Origin: the human T2T-CHM13v2.0 reference genome, Homo sapiens
Direction: 5' to 3' (one strand)
DNA: 64,000 bases
Assembly: GCF_009914755.1 (NCBI RefSeq)
Contig: NC_060930.1
The translations under genes were made by a program, and so were the position numbers. The notes beneath the pieces are model-generated. The model searched no databases, was not told where the DNA came from, and saw only the letters and a program-made list of their open reading frames with translations. Each line of letters begins with the position of its first letter. Positions within the stretch are counted from its first letter, which is position 1. Below are positions 1-15,097 of this stretch, piece after piece.

Positions 1-442
1 TGTTGTTCATCCGAAGAGCTCAATTCTTATTATGGACACAAATGAATTGATCTAACCAGCAGCCCTGGGAAGTGAGAAAGACTAATTACCCCAGGTTGTA
101 GTTATTTCTTGGATGGATGGCTTTGGGTGGATAGCCGGGTGCTGTGAGTACATTCATTCACTATTCATTCAGCAGATATTTTTATTGACTGCCTACTCTG
201 TACAAATTAGTGTGGATGAAACTATGCCCTGCCCACAGGAACATGTCCAGCTGGGGAGCAAGATGGAACATGCATGCAAAGGTTTAGAAACACTGCAAAC
301 AAGGCTACCTGCTGTCGTTCCTGGCCAAAGGAAACAGAACGGAAGAGCCTCTGTTCCCCAGAAGTGGTCACTTAGGGTTGCCCTGATCTGGGAAGGTTCT
401 GTGCGGAGGTGGCCTCGTGAGGTGCGCTGTGGCACATAGACC

Positions 443-1104
<662 letters not shown>

Positions 1105-1777
1105 TCACTCGCTGGCTGTCCGTGTCCTTTTCAGACCTTCAATATCTATTCCTAAATAACAGTTGTTAGAAAGTGCTTGAGAAGTGTAACTGAAGTTGCC
1201 TTTCTCTGTCCAACCCCCAACTCTGCTCTCCAGCCCCCAGCCCCATACCACTTCTCATGGGGGTCACAGCTGCCTGATTCCCGGTGGGCCGCCCTCATGA
1301 GCTGTCTCATTGTAAAGTCTGCCTCCTGGTACATAGTGAGGACTTTGTAAATGTTTGTTGAATGAGGCAATGAAGAGCCTTCTAGACAGAGAGTAGAGAG
1401 TGTGGGGCTAGCATGCGCTTGTAGTGTTCAGATGAAAGGGAGTCAGCCTGTTGGGTTGGAGTCAGGTGTGTGTGGGAGGACGGTGGAAAGATAGCCAGGG
1501 TCCTGTCTGTCCACACACGAGGCTGAGAATTGGAACTTTGTCCTGTTGGTACCAGAGAGTCACAGAATGTTCTGGAGCAGGGGATTGACAGGGCAATGTG
1601 GGGGGAAGGTCAGCTTGCGCCGCTGTGTAGGGTGGACTGGACTGGGTTAGATGAGAGGAGGAGAGGCCAATTAGGACTGTCCCAGTAGTGCAGGGGAGAT
1701 GACACTGCCGCTCCCAAAGCAAAAGATGCAGGTTAAAAAAATGTGTCTATTTTCCATTAAAGAATATTTTAGCCACT

Positions 1778-2467
<690 letters not shown>

Positions 2468-2751
2468 TGAGTTTCACTTAGGCCATAGTAGAATGGCCTC
2501 ATATTCTGAACAGGAATTGATCTGAAACTGACCTTTCACTCCTAAGGATGCCTTTCTTGTAAATTCGGCCTTCTCTCCCCCTGTGAGTGGAATTCTCTCT
2601 GGAAATCAGATGGCAATGAAAGACTGGGAGCCCTTATCTTTTGTGTTATTGATTTGGTTTTGTTTACTCTGACTCCCAGGAGAGACTCCCAGCAGGGATT
2701 CCTCGGGAGGGCTCACGTATGTGTGTGTTGTGTGTCTGCACATGTGTGTGA

Positions 2752-3077
<326 letters not shown>

Positions 3078-3527
3078 AGCTCCTCCAGAATTTATCTGGA
3101 GCTAAACATTGTCCAGTTGCTGCTGACCCTAATCTCTGTTAAGAGAGTCTTGGTTCTCCACCCACAGTGCTCCACTTGACCAGCTTCAACTAGTCTTAAA
3201 AAAAAAAAAAAAAAAAGCGAGATTGAGTTTCTTGGCGCTCAGTAAGCCAGGGCTTGAAAACACCACAGCTTCCCACTTCCCCAAGACTGCGGACAGGATG
3301 GGTTTCAACAAACCTCTTGGCCTACAGGCAAAGAGCTCATGGCAAAAACGACTGTTTAAATAAAGCTTGGGTGGGCCAGCTTTTTAATTTTTTCCAGGAT
3401 GACTTCATTTGGCAATGATGATTGTGCATGTTGGCAAACAGATGGGAGAATGAAAAAATGCACGGTAAAGGTGTTCTGTAGGAGGGAGAGGAGAGAAGGT
3501 CTGGGAGAGAGAAAGGGCATCTGAGGA

Positions 3528-3548
3528 CAGCAGCAGCAGCAGCAGCAG
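3528..3548 (+). repeat. (CAG)7 microsatellite
   Basis: Seven perfect CAG units, non-coding context. Confidence 0.95.
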
Positions 3549-3588
3549 GAGAAAGGAAAAGATGAGAAGACCTGAGGAGGGTGGGTGA

Positions 3589-3987
<399 letters not shown>

Positions 3988-4136
3988 TAGACCAGCATGT
4001 ATTTTAAATGTGTTTTAAAATGTATATAGAAGAGATCCATCATGTGGCAGTAATGCCACCCAATTCTTGTTTTGAGTATTAGGATAGCTTGGAATGGATG
4101 TGGATCAAAATTTTGCATTTCTGAAACATTATTCTC

Positions 4137-4435
4137 CCTTTTTTGTTTTTGAGACTGAGTCTTGCTCTGTCACCAGGCTGGAGTGCAATGGCACAATCTC
4201 AGTCACTGCAACCTCCGCCTCCTGGGTTCAAGTGATTCTCCTGCCTTAGCCTCCCGAGCAGCTGGGGTTACAGGTGCATGCCTGTAACAGGTGTTACACC
4301 TGGCTAATATTTGTATTTTTAGCACAGACAGGGTTTCACCATGTTGGTCAGGCTGGTCTCGAACTCCTGACCTTAAATGGTCTGCCTCAGCCTCCCAAAG
4401 TGCTGTGAATACAGGCATGAGCCACCGTGCCTGGC
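4137..4435 (-). mobile_element. AluS
   Basis: Antisense Alu; TSD TGAAACATTATTCTC (4122-4136, 4436-4450). Confidence 0.95.
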
Positions 4436-4890
4436 TGAAACATTATTCTCGATAGCTGAAAAGCAGAAACAACTCAGATGTCCATCGGCTAATAAGTGGA
4501 TGTGGGTATGCAAACAACAGATTATTATTCAGCCTTAAAAATGAGTAAGTTCTTTTGCAACATGCAACAACATAGCTGAATCTTGAAAACATGATGCTGA
4601 GTGAAAGAAGCCAGCCACAAAAGATGACATATTGTATGATTCTCTTTTTAAGAAATGTCCAGAATGGGCAAATCCATAGATACAGAGGACAAATTGGTGG
4701 TTGCCAGGGACTAGAGGGAAGAGGGAATGGGAAGTGACTGCTAAAGGGTTTAGGGTTTCCCTTTGGGGTGATGGAAACGTTCTGGAATTACACAGTGATG
4801 GTTGTACACCTGTGTCTGTACCCAAAAATCACTGAACTGTACACTTTAAAAGGGTAAATTTTATGTGACTACTATCTCAACTTTTAAAAA
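4436..4890 (+). mobile_element. Old L1M (L1MB/ME-type) 3' end
   Basis: Typical L1M 3' UTR motifs (ATGCTGAGTGAAAGAAGCCAG, GGTTGCCAGGG, ACTGAACTGTACACTTTAAA). Confidence 0.8.
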
Positions 4891-5320
4891 ATGTTGTGTT
4901 TGTGTGACTATACTTTTCAACTTTGGCCCTACTCATTTTGTTTGTATTTATTTATTTTTTCTTCCTAGAAATAGTATTACGGTCACATGATTCAAAATTC
5001 AATATATAAAAGGATGTAAAGTGAAAATTCTTTCTCCCATCCTCGTCATTCCCAAGCTACTCAAAAAGTAAGCAATATTACCAGTTTCTTGTGTGACTTT
5101 CACAGATTTTGTGCACACAAGCAAATAAGTACAAACAAATATTCTTCCCTTGCTCTTTTTAAATAAATAGTGACATTCACATGGTTCTGTACCTTGCTTA
5201 TTTCACTAGCCAACACATTTGGTTGAAACCTTGTTCATATCAGTGCATGTAGATCTCTGCCATTTGTCCAAACATATGCCTTTGGATTACATGTGTCATT
5301 TGTTTAATTGGCCCACTCTT

Positions 5321-6416
5321 CTTCTTCTTCTTCTTCTTTTTTTTTTTTTTTTTTTTTGAGACAGGATATCTCTCTGTCGGCTAGGCTGGAGTGTAGTGGT
5401 GTGATCATCATGGCTCACTGTGGCCTCAAACTCCTACTATGGACAGGAGACAGGGAAATACTGGGTAGAAGAGGACAGTTCCCCAGCAAAGGCCCCACCC
5501 TCAAGCCTGGATACCCATGGCCCTAAATGGGAACAGGCATTTCTGTTTTTGCACCCCAAAAGTTGACTTTTGGCCCACATGCTCCCTATCCTGTACCCAT
5601 ATAAACCCCAAATTCCAGGCTCCAGAGAGAGACAAGGAGATGAGGAGACAAGCAGACGAACAGCGGAACAATGCAGCAGAGAAAGAGAGAAGAGAAGGAA
5701 CGTCTGAACGTCGAGAGGAGTTCGGCTGCTGGACGGCCAAACTCCAGGGGAAGATCATCTTCCCACTCCATTCCCCCTCCAGCTCCCCATCCATCCCACT
5801 GAGAGCCACTTCCACCACTCAATAAAAGCCCCACATTTATCCTTCAAGTCCATGTGTGATCCAATTCTTCTGGGATGCTAAACAAGAACCTGGGATACAG
5901 AAAGCTGTCACACTGGCCCTCTGCCCTTGCAGAAAGGCAGAGGGGCCCTGAGCTGGTTGATACTTAAGCTGTCTGTGGATGGCAGAACTAAAAGAGCATT
6001 GGGACACTGGGGTTGCAGGCACCCCCCCACCCCCAGACACTACTGCAGGGCTGGAGCCCAAAGTGCTCGCTGTGGCTCACGCCCCTGCCCATCTGCATGC
6101 TTCCCCTCCTGCAAGAAGTTTGAGCTTGCAGTGGGCGGTCAAACAGAGAGCCGCACCCCTGTCACATGCCCTGTGAGGGGGGCCAGGGAACTCTCCCGTT
6201 TACCTCCCAGGCTCAGGTGATCCTCCTACCTCAGACTCTCAAGTGGCTGGGACCACTGGCACATGCCACAATGCCTGGCTAATTTTTTAAAAATTATTTG
6301 TAGAGACTGGGGTCTCCCTGTTGCCCAGGCTGGTCTCTAACTTCCGAGTTCAAGTGATCCTCCTGCCTCGGTCTCCCAAAGTGCTGGGATTACAGGTGTG
6401 AGCCACCAAGCCCAGC
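5321..6416 (-). mobile_element. AluJ split by an LTR1-like insertion
   Basis: Alu halves at 5321-5434 and 6204-6416; TSD TTAA(T/C)TGGCCCACTCTT (5304-5320, 6417-6433). Confidence 0.9.
5435..6203 (+). mobile_element. ERV1 solo LTR, LTR1-like
   Basis: Starts GGACAGGAGACAGGGAAATACTGGGTAGAAGAGG, ends GGGAACTCTCCCGTTT; TATA-like CATATAAA; AATAAA at 5821; 4-bp TSD CTCC. Confidence 0.8.
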
Positions 6417-6745
6417 TTAACTGGCCCACTCTTGATGGAAATTTGGTTCTTTCCAATCCTTTCAGACTTCAGTGAATAATTTCCTTCATACATGATTTCA
6501 CCCATACAGGAGGTTATCTGTAGGCTTAAATTCTTAGAAGTGGGATTGTGATTAAGGGGTATGTGCACTTGTAGTTTTGGTGGATATTTTCTAGTCTCCT
6601 TTCACAGATATAGGCGTGGGTTTACACTCCCACCAGCAATGGATGAATGCTCCTGTCCCCAGATACTGTCAATATGTTGTTAACATTTTCACCCTGCCAA
6701 ACTAAATGATGAATAAATGTGTCTCAGTTGGGGGGTTTTAACTTT

Positions 6746-7048
6746 GTCTTTTCTTTTCTTTTTTTTTGAGACAGAGTCTCACTCTGTCACTCAGGCTGGA
6801 GTACAGTGGTGCGATCTTGGCTCACTGCAACCTCCACCTCCTGGGTTCTAGCGATTCTCTGCCTCAGCCTCCCAAGTAGCTGGGACTACAGGTGCACACC
6901 ACCACACCCAGCCAATTTTTGTATTTTTTGTAGAGACGGGGTTTCGCCATGTTGGCCAGGCTGGTCTAGAACTCCTGGGCTCAAGTCATCTGCCCACCTC
7001 GGCCTCCCAAAGTGCTGGGATTGCAGGCGTGAGCCACCTCACCTGGCC
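6746..7048 (-). mobile_element. AluS
   Basis: Antisense Alu dimer. Confidence 0.92.
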
Positions 7049-7308
7049 ATTAACTTGGCATTTTATTGTTATGAGAGAAGTTGACAGATTTTCTGATGTG
7101 AAGAGCCTTTTCTATGAGCTACTTTGCCCATTATTTTATTGAGTTTGTTCAGTTTATTATTAATTTTCAGGAGCCCTTATATGTCTTTGTCTGTGATAGG
7201 GATTTGGAAGATAAGTTTTCCAAGGATCTTTAAAAAAAAATTTTTTTTCAGAGGTTGGATTGATTTTTTTCTTCTGTGGTTTCTAGGAATCTTACTTACA
7301 AATAATTT

Positions 7309-7603
7309 TGGTTGCACGCAGTAGCTCACACCTGTAAATGCAGCACTGTGGGAGGCTGCTGTGGGTGGATCACTTGAGCCCGGGAGTTCAAAACAAGCTT
7401 GGGCAACATAGTGAAACCCCATCTCTACAAAAAATCAGCTGGGTGTGGTGGCACACACCTGTAATCCCAGCTACTCAAGAGGCTAAGGCATGAGAATTGC
7501 TTGAACCCAGGAGGTGGAGGCTGCAGTGAGCCATGAGCTGAGATTGCACCACTGCACTCCAGCCTGGGCAACAGAACAAGACTCTGTCTCAAAAAAAAAA
7601 AAA
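7309..7603 (+). mobile_element. AluJ
   Basis: Diverged Alu dimer with A tail. Confidence 0.9.
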
Positions 7604-7989
7604 ATTCCTTGCCTTTTAATTTTCAAATATTAACCAGTATTTAATAATTGTGTGTTTGTGATCCCCAGACGCTTGTTCTCTCTGTGTGTTCTTTGGAGCA
7701 TTTCATTAAGTCTTTAATAGCTTTATCCTACAAGACCTTCTGATATGTTCCCAATTTTTTCTATAAAGAAGACTACCATCCACTAATTTTTTTCTGATTC
7801 CCTCCTGCTCTTGAAATCAAGCATCTAAGTATCTCACCAGACTTGGCCTAAGGCATAATTCCAGGGTTGGTGGTTTGGATACCAGCCTCACTGATGGCTC
7901 TGTTTGTCCCCCCACCTTCAGCACTGTCAGCGTTAGCACCTCCTCCTCCCGTTTTCCCTCCCTCTTCTCTCTCAGCATGAGAAAGAAAC

Positions 7990-8502
7990 TGGTCCCTGTG
8001 GGGTCTGCATATTGTTTGATACTCTTTTCTTTAATAGGTGGAGCTTAATTCCCCTTGTGTTTGGCTTGGACTTGGTGACTGACTGCCAATGAGTAGAGTA
8101 TGCAGAAGTGAGGATGTGTGGCTTCCCAGACCAGGTCACAAAGGCATTGGAGCTTCCTCGCTCTCTCAAACCACTTGTTCTGGGGTAAGTCAGCTGCCAC
8201 GTTGTGAGGACACTCAAGCAGCCTTATGAGGAGATTCACATGTGAGGAACTGAGGCCTCCTGCCTGTAGCCATACCACTGAGCCATCTCGGAAGTAGGTC
8301 CTCCAGCCCTAGCCAGGCTTTCAGATGACAGCAGCCCTGGTTGATTCTTGACTGCAACCTCATGAATGACCCTGAGCCAGAACTGCTTAGACAAGCCATT
8401 CCCAACTTCCTGATCCACAGGAATCGTGTGAGCTAAAAAGTGTTTATTGTTGTTTCAAGCTGTTTGGTTTTGGGGTAATTGTTATACAGCAATAGAACAA
8501 CA
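7990..8502 (+). mobile_element. MaLR LTR, MLT1F-like
   Basis: Contains GAGGAACTGAGGCCTCC, TTCAGATGACAGCAGCCC and the terminal TTTTGGGGTAATTGTTATACAGCAATAGA typical of MLT1E/F. Confidence 0.75.
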
Positions 8503-8627
8503 CAGTATCTGTAGAAATTACAGCTGGGATGAATCTCAATCACTCAAAGCCCTTGTGCCTCTGGCATCGCCCACGGTTGGGTGCAAATGTGCCTGGAGTA
8601 TAGCAGTACCCCAAATCTCTTCTTTCG

Positions 8628-8915
8628 GGCTGGGCGTGGTGGCTCATGCCTGTAATCCCAGCACCTTGGGAGGCCAAGGCAGGCGGATCACCTGAGGTCA
8701 GAAGTTGGAGGCTAGCCTGGCCAACATGGCAAAACCCCGTCTCTACTAAAAATACAAAAATTAGCTGGGCGTGGTGGCGGGTGCCTGTAATCCCAGCTGC
8801 GCAGCAGGCTGAGGCAGGAGAATCGCTTGAACCGGGAAGTGGAGGTTGCAGTGAGCCAGGATCGCGCCATTGCACTCCAGCCTGGGCGACAAGAGCAAAA
8901 TTCTGTCTCAAAAAA
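8628..8915 (+). mobile_element. AluS (Sq/Sx-like)
   Basis: Full Alu dimer. Confidence 0.95.
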
Positions 8916-8933
8916 CATTTTTTTAAAAAATTA

Positions 8934-9226
8934 TTTTCTTTTTTTTTTTTTTGGTGGCAGGGTCTCGCTCTGTCACCCAGGCTGGATGACAGGCTCACTG
9001 TAGCCTCCCTTGACCTCCCAGGCTCAAGTAATCCCCCCACCTCAGCCTCCCGAGTAGCTGGCACTACAGGCGTGCACAACCACACCTGGCTAATTTTTGT
9101 GTTTTTTGTAGAGACAAGGTTTTGCTATGTTCCCCAGGCTGGTCTCCAATTCCTGACCTCAAGGAGTCCGTCCTCCTTGACTTCCCAAAGTGCTGGGATT
9201 ATAAGTATGAGCCACTGCATCCAACC
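8934..9226 (-). mobile_element. AluJ
   Basis: Antisense Alu, tail-to-tail with the previous one. Confidence 0.9.
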
Positions 9227-9237
9227 ACTCTTAATTT

Positions 9238-10865
9238 TGAGAGGTGACAGTGTGCTGGCAGTCCTCACAGCCCTCGCTCGCTCTCGGGGCCTCGGCCTTG
9301 GCGCCCATTCTGGCCGTGCTTGAGGAGCCCTTCGGCCCACCGCTGCACTGTGGGAGCCCCTTTCTGGGCTGGCCAAGGCCAGAGCCAGCTCCCTCAACTT
9401 GCGGGGAAGTGTGGAGGGAGAGGCGCGGGCGGGAACCGGGGCTGCGCGGCGCTTGCGGGCCAGCGCGAGTTCTGGGTGGGCGTGAGCTCGGCGGGCCCCT
9501 CACTCAGAGCGGCCGGCTGGCCCCGCCGGCCCGGGGCAGTGAGGGGCTTAGCACCTGGGCCAGCAGCTGCTGTGCTCAATTTCTCGCTGGGCCTTAGCTG
9601 CCTCCCCGCGGGGCAGGGCTCGGAACCTGCAGCCCGCCATGCCTGAGCCTCCCCCCACCCCGCCGTGGACTCCTGCGCCGCTGGAGCCTGCCCTATGAGC
9701 GTCGCTCCCTGTTCCACAGTGCCCAGTCCCATTGACCGCCCAAAGGCTGAGAAGTGCGGGCACACGGCGCGGGACTGGCAGGCAACTCCCCCTGCGGCCC
9801 GGGTGCGGGATGCGCCAGGTGAAGGCAGCTGGGCTCCTGAGTCTGGTGGGGACTTGGAGAATCTTTACGTCTAGCTAGGGAATTGTAAATACACCAATCA
9901 GCACCCTGTCTAGCTCAGGGTTTGTGGATGCACCAATCGGCACTCTGTACCTAGCTAATCTGGTGGGGGCCTGAAGAATCTTTATGTCTAGCTAAGGGAT
10001 TGTGAATACACCAATCGGCACTCTGTATCTAGCTCAAGGTTTGTAAATGCACCAATCAGCACTCTGTGTCTAGCTGATCTGGTGGTGACTTGGAGAACCT
10101 TTATGTCTAGCTAAGGGATTGTGAATGCACCAATTGGCACTCTGTATCTAGTTCAAGGTTTGGCAATGCACCAATCAGCGCTCTGTGTCTAGCTGATCTG
10201 GTGGGGACTTGGAGAATCTTTGTGTCTAGCTAAGGGATTGTGAATGCACCAATCGGCACTGTATCCAGCTCAAGGTTTGGAAATACACCAATTGACATTC
10301 TGTACTAGCTAATCTAGTGGGGACATGGAGAACTTTTGTGTCTAGCTCAGGGATTGTAAACGCACCAATCAGCACCCTGTCAAAATGGACCAATCGGCTC
10401 TCTGTAAAATGGACCAATCAGCAGGATGTGGGTGGGGCCAGATAAGAGAAGAAAAGCAGGCTGCCCAAACCAGTAGTTGCGACCCTTTTGAGTTACTTTG
10501 CCGATAATGGAAGGGGTGTGTTTTGTGATGTCTTGCTGCAGGTTGGTGTATATGTTTCTATTACCTTTGTGAGCTATAACGCTCACTGTGAAAGTCTGTA
10601 GCTTCACTTTTGAAGCCAGCGAGACTACGAAACCACCAGGAAGAACGAACGACTCTGGCTACACTATATTAACAGCTGTAACACGGATAAGGTCTTTAGC
10701 TTTGTTCCTGCGTGTTTTGCCAGAAGGAGGAAGCTGAGCACATCCATCCATCAGAAGGAATAAATTCCAGATATACCACTTTTAAGAACTGTAAGAGTCA
10801 CCGTGAGGGTCTGTGGTCTTGTTCTTCAAGGCAGTGAGACCAAGAACCTGCTAATTCCAGACCCA
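9238..10865 (+). mobile_element. ERV9 solo LTR (LTR12C/D/E-type)
   Basis: Starts TGAGAGGTGACAG, CpG-rich U3, tandem TCTAGCT/CACCAATC repeats, ends GAGACCAAGAAC...CCAGACCCA; 4-bp TSD ATTT (9234-9237, 10866-10869). Confidence 0.95.
9840..10460 (+). promoter_or_regulatory. LTR12 U3 tandem enhancer/promoter array with 11 CCAAT (NF-Y) boxes
   Basis: CCAAT at about 9894, 9933, 10011, 10052, 10130, 10171, 10249, 10288, 10365, 10390 and 10414, followed by GGGTGGGG and GATAAG. Confidence 0.8.
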
Positions 10866-10900
10866 ATTTTAAAGGTCTGATAAGCCTACTTGAGTAGTAG

Positions 10901-11795
<895 letters not shown>

Positions 11796-11989
11796 CTATC
11801 ATCAGGTGCCTGGAACAGTCAGATCAGTTGTCAACCTTGAGTTTTTCCAGACGAACTCAAGGGGGGCTGGATTTTCCCAGAGCTCAGGCTGTAGGCTGCT
11901 AGAAGCCATGTCAGAGTTTGGTCAAAGCTCTCAAGAGACAGATTTAGATGAAGTTTTTCAGGCCGAGAGTTTTTGCGGTTCTCAGAAGA

Positions 11990-13015
11990 CAGTGGCATTG
12001 AGTACATTCACACTGCCGTACAACCATCAAAACCCTCCATTGCCAGAACTTTTTCATCTTCCAAAAATGTGTACCCATTAAACAATAGCTCCCCATTCCT
12101 CCTCCCCTTAGCCCCTGACAACACCAATTCTTTCTGTCTCTATGAATCTACTCTAGGAACCTCATATAAGTAGAATCATACAGTACTTGTCCTTTTGTGA
12201 TTGATTTATTTCACTGAGCATAATGTTCTCCAAGATTCATCCATGTTGTAGACTATAAGAATTTCCTGCTGGGGGCAGTGGCTCACGCCTGTAATCCCAG
12301 CACTTTGGGAGGCCGAGGTGGGCAGATTATGAAGTCAGGAGATCGAGACCATCTTGGCCAACATGGTGAAACCCCTTTTCTACTAAAAATACAAAAATTA
12401 GCTGGGCATGGTGGTGTGTGCCTGTAATCCCAGCTATGCAGGAGGTGAGGCAGGAGAATCGCTTGAACCAGGGAGTCGGAGGTTGCAGTGAGCCAAGATT
12501 GTGCCACTGTACTCCAGCCTGGGTGACAGAGCGAGACTCCGTCTCAAAAAAAAAAAAAAAATTTCCTTCCTTTTATAGTCTGAAACATCTCAGTATTACA
12601 TTTTGAATACGGTACTGTCTATGTGTAACACTTGGCTTGTTTTCATCTTTTGGCTACTGTGAGGAATGCTGCTGTGAACATCAGTGGACAAATATCTCTT
12701 CAAGACTCTGCTTTTAATTTTTTTTTTTTTTTTTTTTTTGAGACAGGGTCTTGCTCTGTCGCCCAGGCTGGAGTGCAGTCGTGTGATCATGGGCTCAAGT
12801 GATCCTCCCACCTCAGCCTCCTGAGTAGCTAGGACCACAGGGGCACACTGCCATGCTCAGCTAATTTTTCTTATTTTGTAGGGATGGGGTCTCACTATGT
12901 TGCCGAGGCCGGTTTCCAACTCTTGGCTTCAAGCGATCCTCCTGCCTTGGCCTCCCAGAGTGCTAGGGTTAAGGCATGAGCCACTGCCTTGGGCCTGCTT
13001 TCAATTCTTTTGCTT
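11990..13015 (-). mobile_element. L1MB-type 3' end with nested Alus (12268-12560 plus; 12718-12995 minus)
   Basis: Antisense L1MB motifs (GTACATTCACA, CTCCCCATTCCTCC, TAGAATCATACAGTA); Alu TSDs AATTTCCT and CTGCTTT(T/C)AATT. Confidence 0.8.
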
Positions 13016-13532
13016 ATTTACATTTGCATCGTTAAGGCTGATCATCTATTAGCTCCTAAAATCTTGTCGAATTAGTTTCTTGGAAACAGCAATGGTCACG
13101 GCCGCTTGGCTGAGGCCCACCTTGGAGATGAGATCTTGGGAGGGCCAGGTGAAGATGAGGGGCCTTCAAACAAGGAGGCAGTGCCATGGGGATCGCAAAG
13201 CTGGCTGCACTGCTGGTGAACTGGGGCTCCTTGGCATAGGCTTGGGAGCTGTGGTTCGGCCCAGGCAGCAGCACGTTGACTCTCCTGCTGGCTTTGAAAG
13301 CCTTTGCAGTTGCTGTCAGCCTCTGCCTAGCATGCTCCTCCTCCAGCTCCTTCCCCACCTTTAGCTCTCAGATCTCATATCTTCTCCTCAAAGAGGCATT
13401 CCCCAAACACCTTAGACTCAGCATTTCCGTGGCCAAGTGATTCTCTAGCCTATCACCTGTTTAGAACCATTACAGCCTTAGCCTATATTGCAACAATTTC
13501 TTTTGTTTACTTATTTATTCTCTGATCTTCAA

Positions 13533-14160
13533 TGTTAAAAGGTAAACTGAAGCACACTAAAATATTAAAAAGTTTATTTGGGCCAGGTGTGGTGGCTCAC
13601 GCCTATAATCCCAGCACTTTGGGAGGCCGAGGCAAGTGGATCATGAGGTCAAGAGATCAAGACCATCCTGGCCAACATGGTGAAACCCCGTCTCTACTAA
13701 AAATACAAAAATTAGCTGGGCGCGGTGGCGGGTGCCCATAATCCCAGCTACTCGGGAGGCTGAGGCAGGAGAATTGCTTGAACCCAGGAGGCAAAGGCTG
13801 TAGTGAGCCAAGATTGTGCCACTGCACTTCTGCCTGGCGACAGAGCGAGACTCCGTCTCAAAAAAAGAAAAAAAAAAAAGTTTATTTGGCAAACGGTAAT
13901 TCATGAATCTGGCAGTTCAAAGACCACAGGTAATTTGGGGCTTCCCTCAAAGAGGTACTAGGGGAAGGCTTTTACAGGGTGAACACGGAAGCAAAACAAA
14001 TAAATTCATTTCTGTGTAAAATCTTGTTAGAGGTTAGTTGGCAGTTTGTGATGCCTAGAATATGACCATTTACAGGGAGTTGGGTTTCAGTTTGCTAGGT
14101 AGGAACCCAAGGTGCTGGAGTCTTCTCAGCCTAATGACCTCCCAGTGAATTATTTTGGCA
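13533..14160 (-). mobile_element. ERV1 LTR, MER93-like, with nested AluS (13580-13879, plus)
   Basis: Minus strand reads GGGAGGTCATTAGGCTGAGAAGACTCCAGCACCTTGGGTTCCTAC; Alu TSD AAAAAGTTTATTTGG. Confidence 0.65.
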
Positions 14161-14972
14161 TCAACCATGCTGTAAGCACCGTGAGGGTGTGGGTCTTACC
14201 TGCCTGCATCCAAGCAGTGCTTGGCACATAGTACATTGTATACAAATTGTGGAATGACTATGATGATTTTGTGCGCATGAAGAATGTCGGCACCTCTAGT
14301 TATAGTCTAAACAGCACTGGGGAGGAGGCTGTGACCCCAGGACCCTGGTCACCTAAACCTCCCTGACCCAGGAAGTAGGCTTAGGAAAGATCTCTGGCAC
14401 AAGCAGTTGGAGAAGGTCCTGGCAGGTGAGTAGAATGCAGACAATCATGATCTGAAGAGGGCTTGTGGAGGTCCAGGCACAGGAAACAACCACACTCAAT
14501 CCTGGGATTGAGTTCAGGTACAAGACTCCATTCATTAGAAGAACCCCTGAGAACAGACAGGCTCAGCTAAGAGCAACGGGCCTGACATCGGAGTTACTTG
14601 ACTAGGGCTGGACCCAAGGAATGCTGTCAGGAGAGGCTGATTAGTGGACCCAGGAATGGAGGCTTGAGTGTGACTAGCCACTCTGTGGCTAATGAGCTCT
14701 GTGTTTGCCAATGGGCTCATGGCTGTGAGGGCAATGCTGTGATTCAGCCAGCATTGGTCTAGATCCTGAGGTGGGGGTAAATAGTCTCAGCATTATGACT
14801 ATGGGGCAATGGGAACCAGAAACCAGGCAGGCCATCCGAGCAAGCGTGGTACATTTAAAAATGATGTTTTACGGGACGTAAAAAGCACAGACCATCAAGG
14901 AAGGGTAGAAAAAGTAAATGTGTTAATATTATTTTATTTTATTTATTTATTTTTGTTAAAAGACAGCATAAA

Positions 14973-15097
14973 CAAGGCTGAGGAGGATCACTTGAGCCCA
15001 GGAAGCAGAGGTTGCAGTAAGCTGTGATCACACCACTGCACCCCAGCCTGGGCGACAGAGTGAGACCCTATTTCAGAAGAAAGAAAGAAAAAAAAAA
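14973..15097 (+). mobile_element. Alu right monomer (FRAM or truncated AluJ)
   Basis: GGCTGAGGAGGATCACTTGAGCCCAGG through to the A tail. Confidence 0.85.

Larger units (their letters stand above)
4960..7260 (-). mobile_element. Old L1ME-type fragments, interrupted by Alus and an LTR
   Basis: Antisense L1M motifs (TTCTTAGAAGTGGGATTG, TTACACTCCCACCAGCAATG); boundaries approximate. Confidence 0.55.

Noticed and set aside
3528-3548. CAG repeat as a polyglutamine or expansion locus
   Set aside because: Only 7 units and not in a credible exon.
8646-9765. Overlapping 90-225 aa ORFs and apparent CpG island
   Set aside because: Explained by Alus and the GC-rich LTR12 U3, which has few stop codons.
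9840-10420. Regularly spaced repeats resembling a CRISPR array
   Set aside because: Eukaryotic DNA; these are the LTR12 U3 tandem repeats and there are no unique spacers.
14494-14513. 20-bp near-palindrome ACTCAATCCTGGGATTGAGT
   Set aside because: Isolated 9-bp arms can occur by chance in 64 kb; no supporting context.
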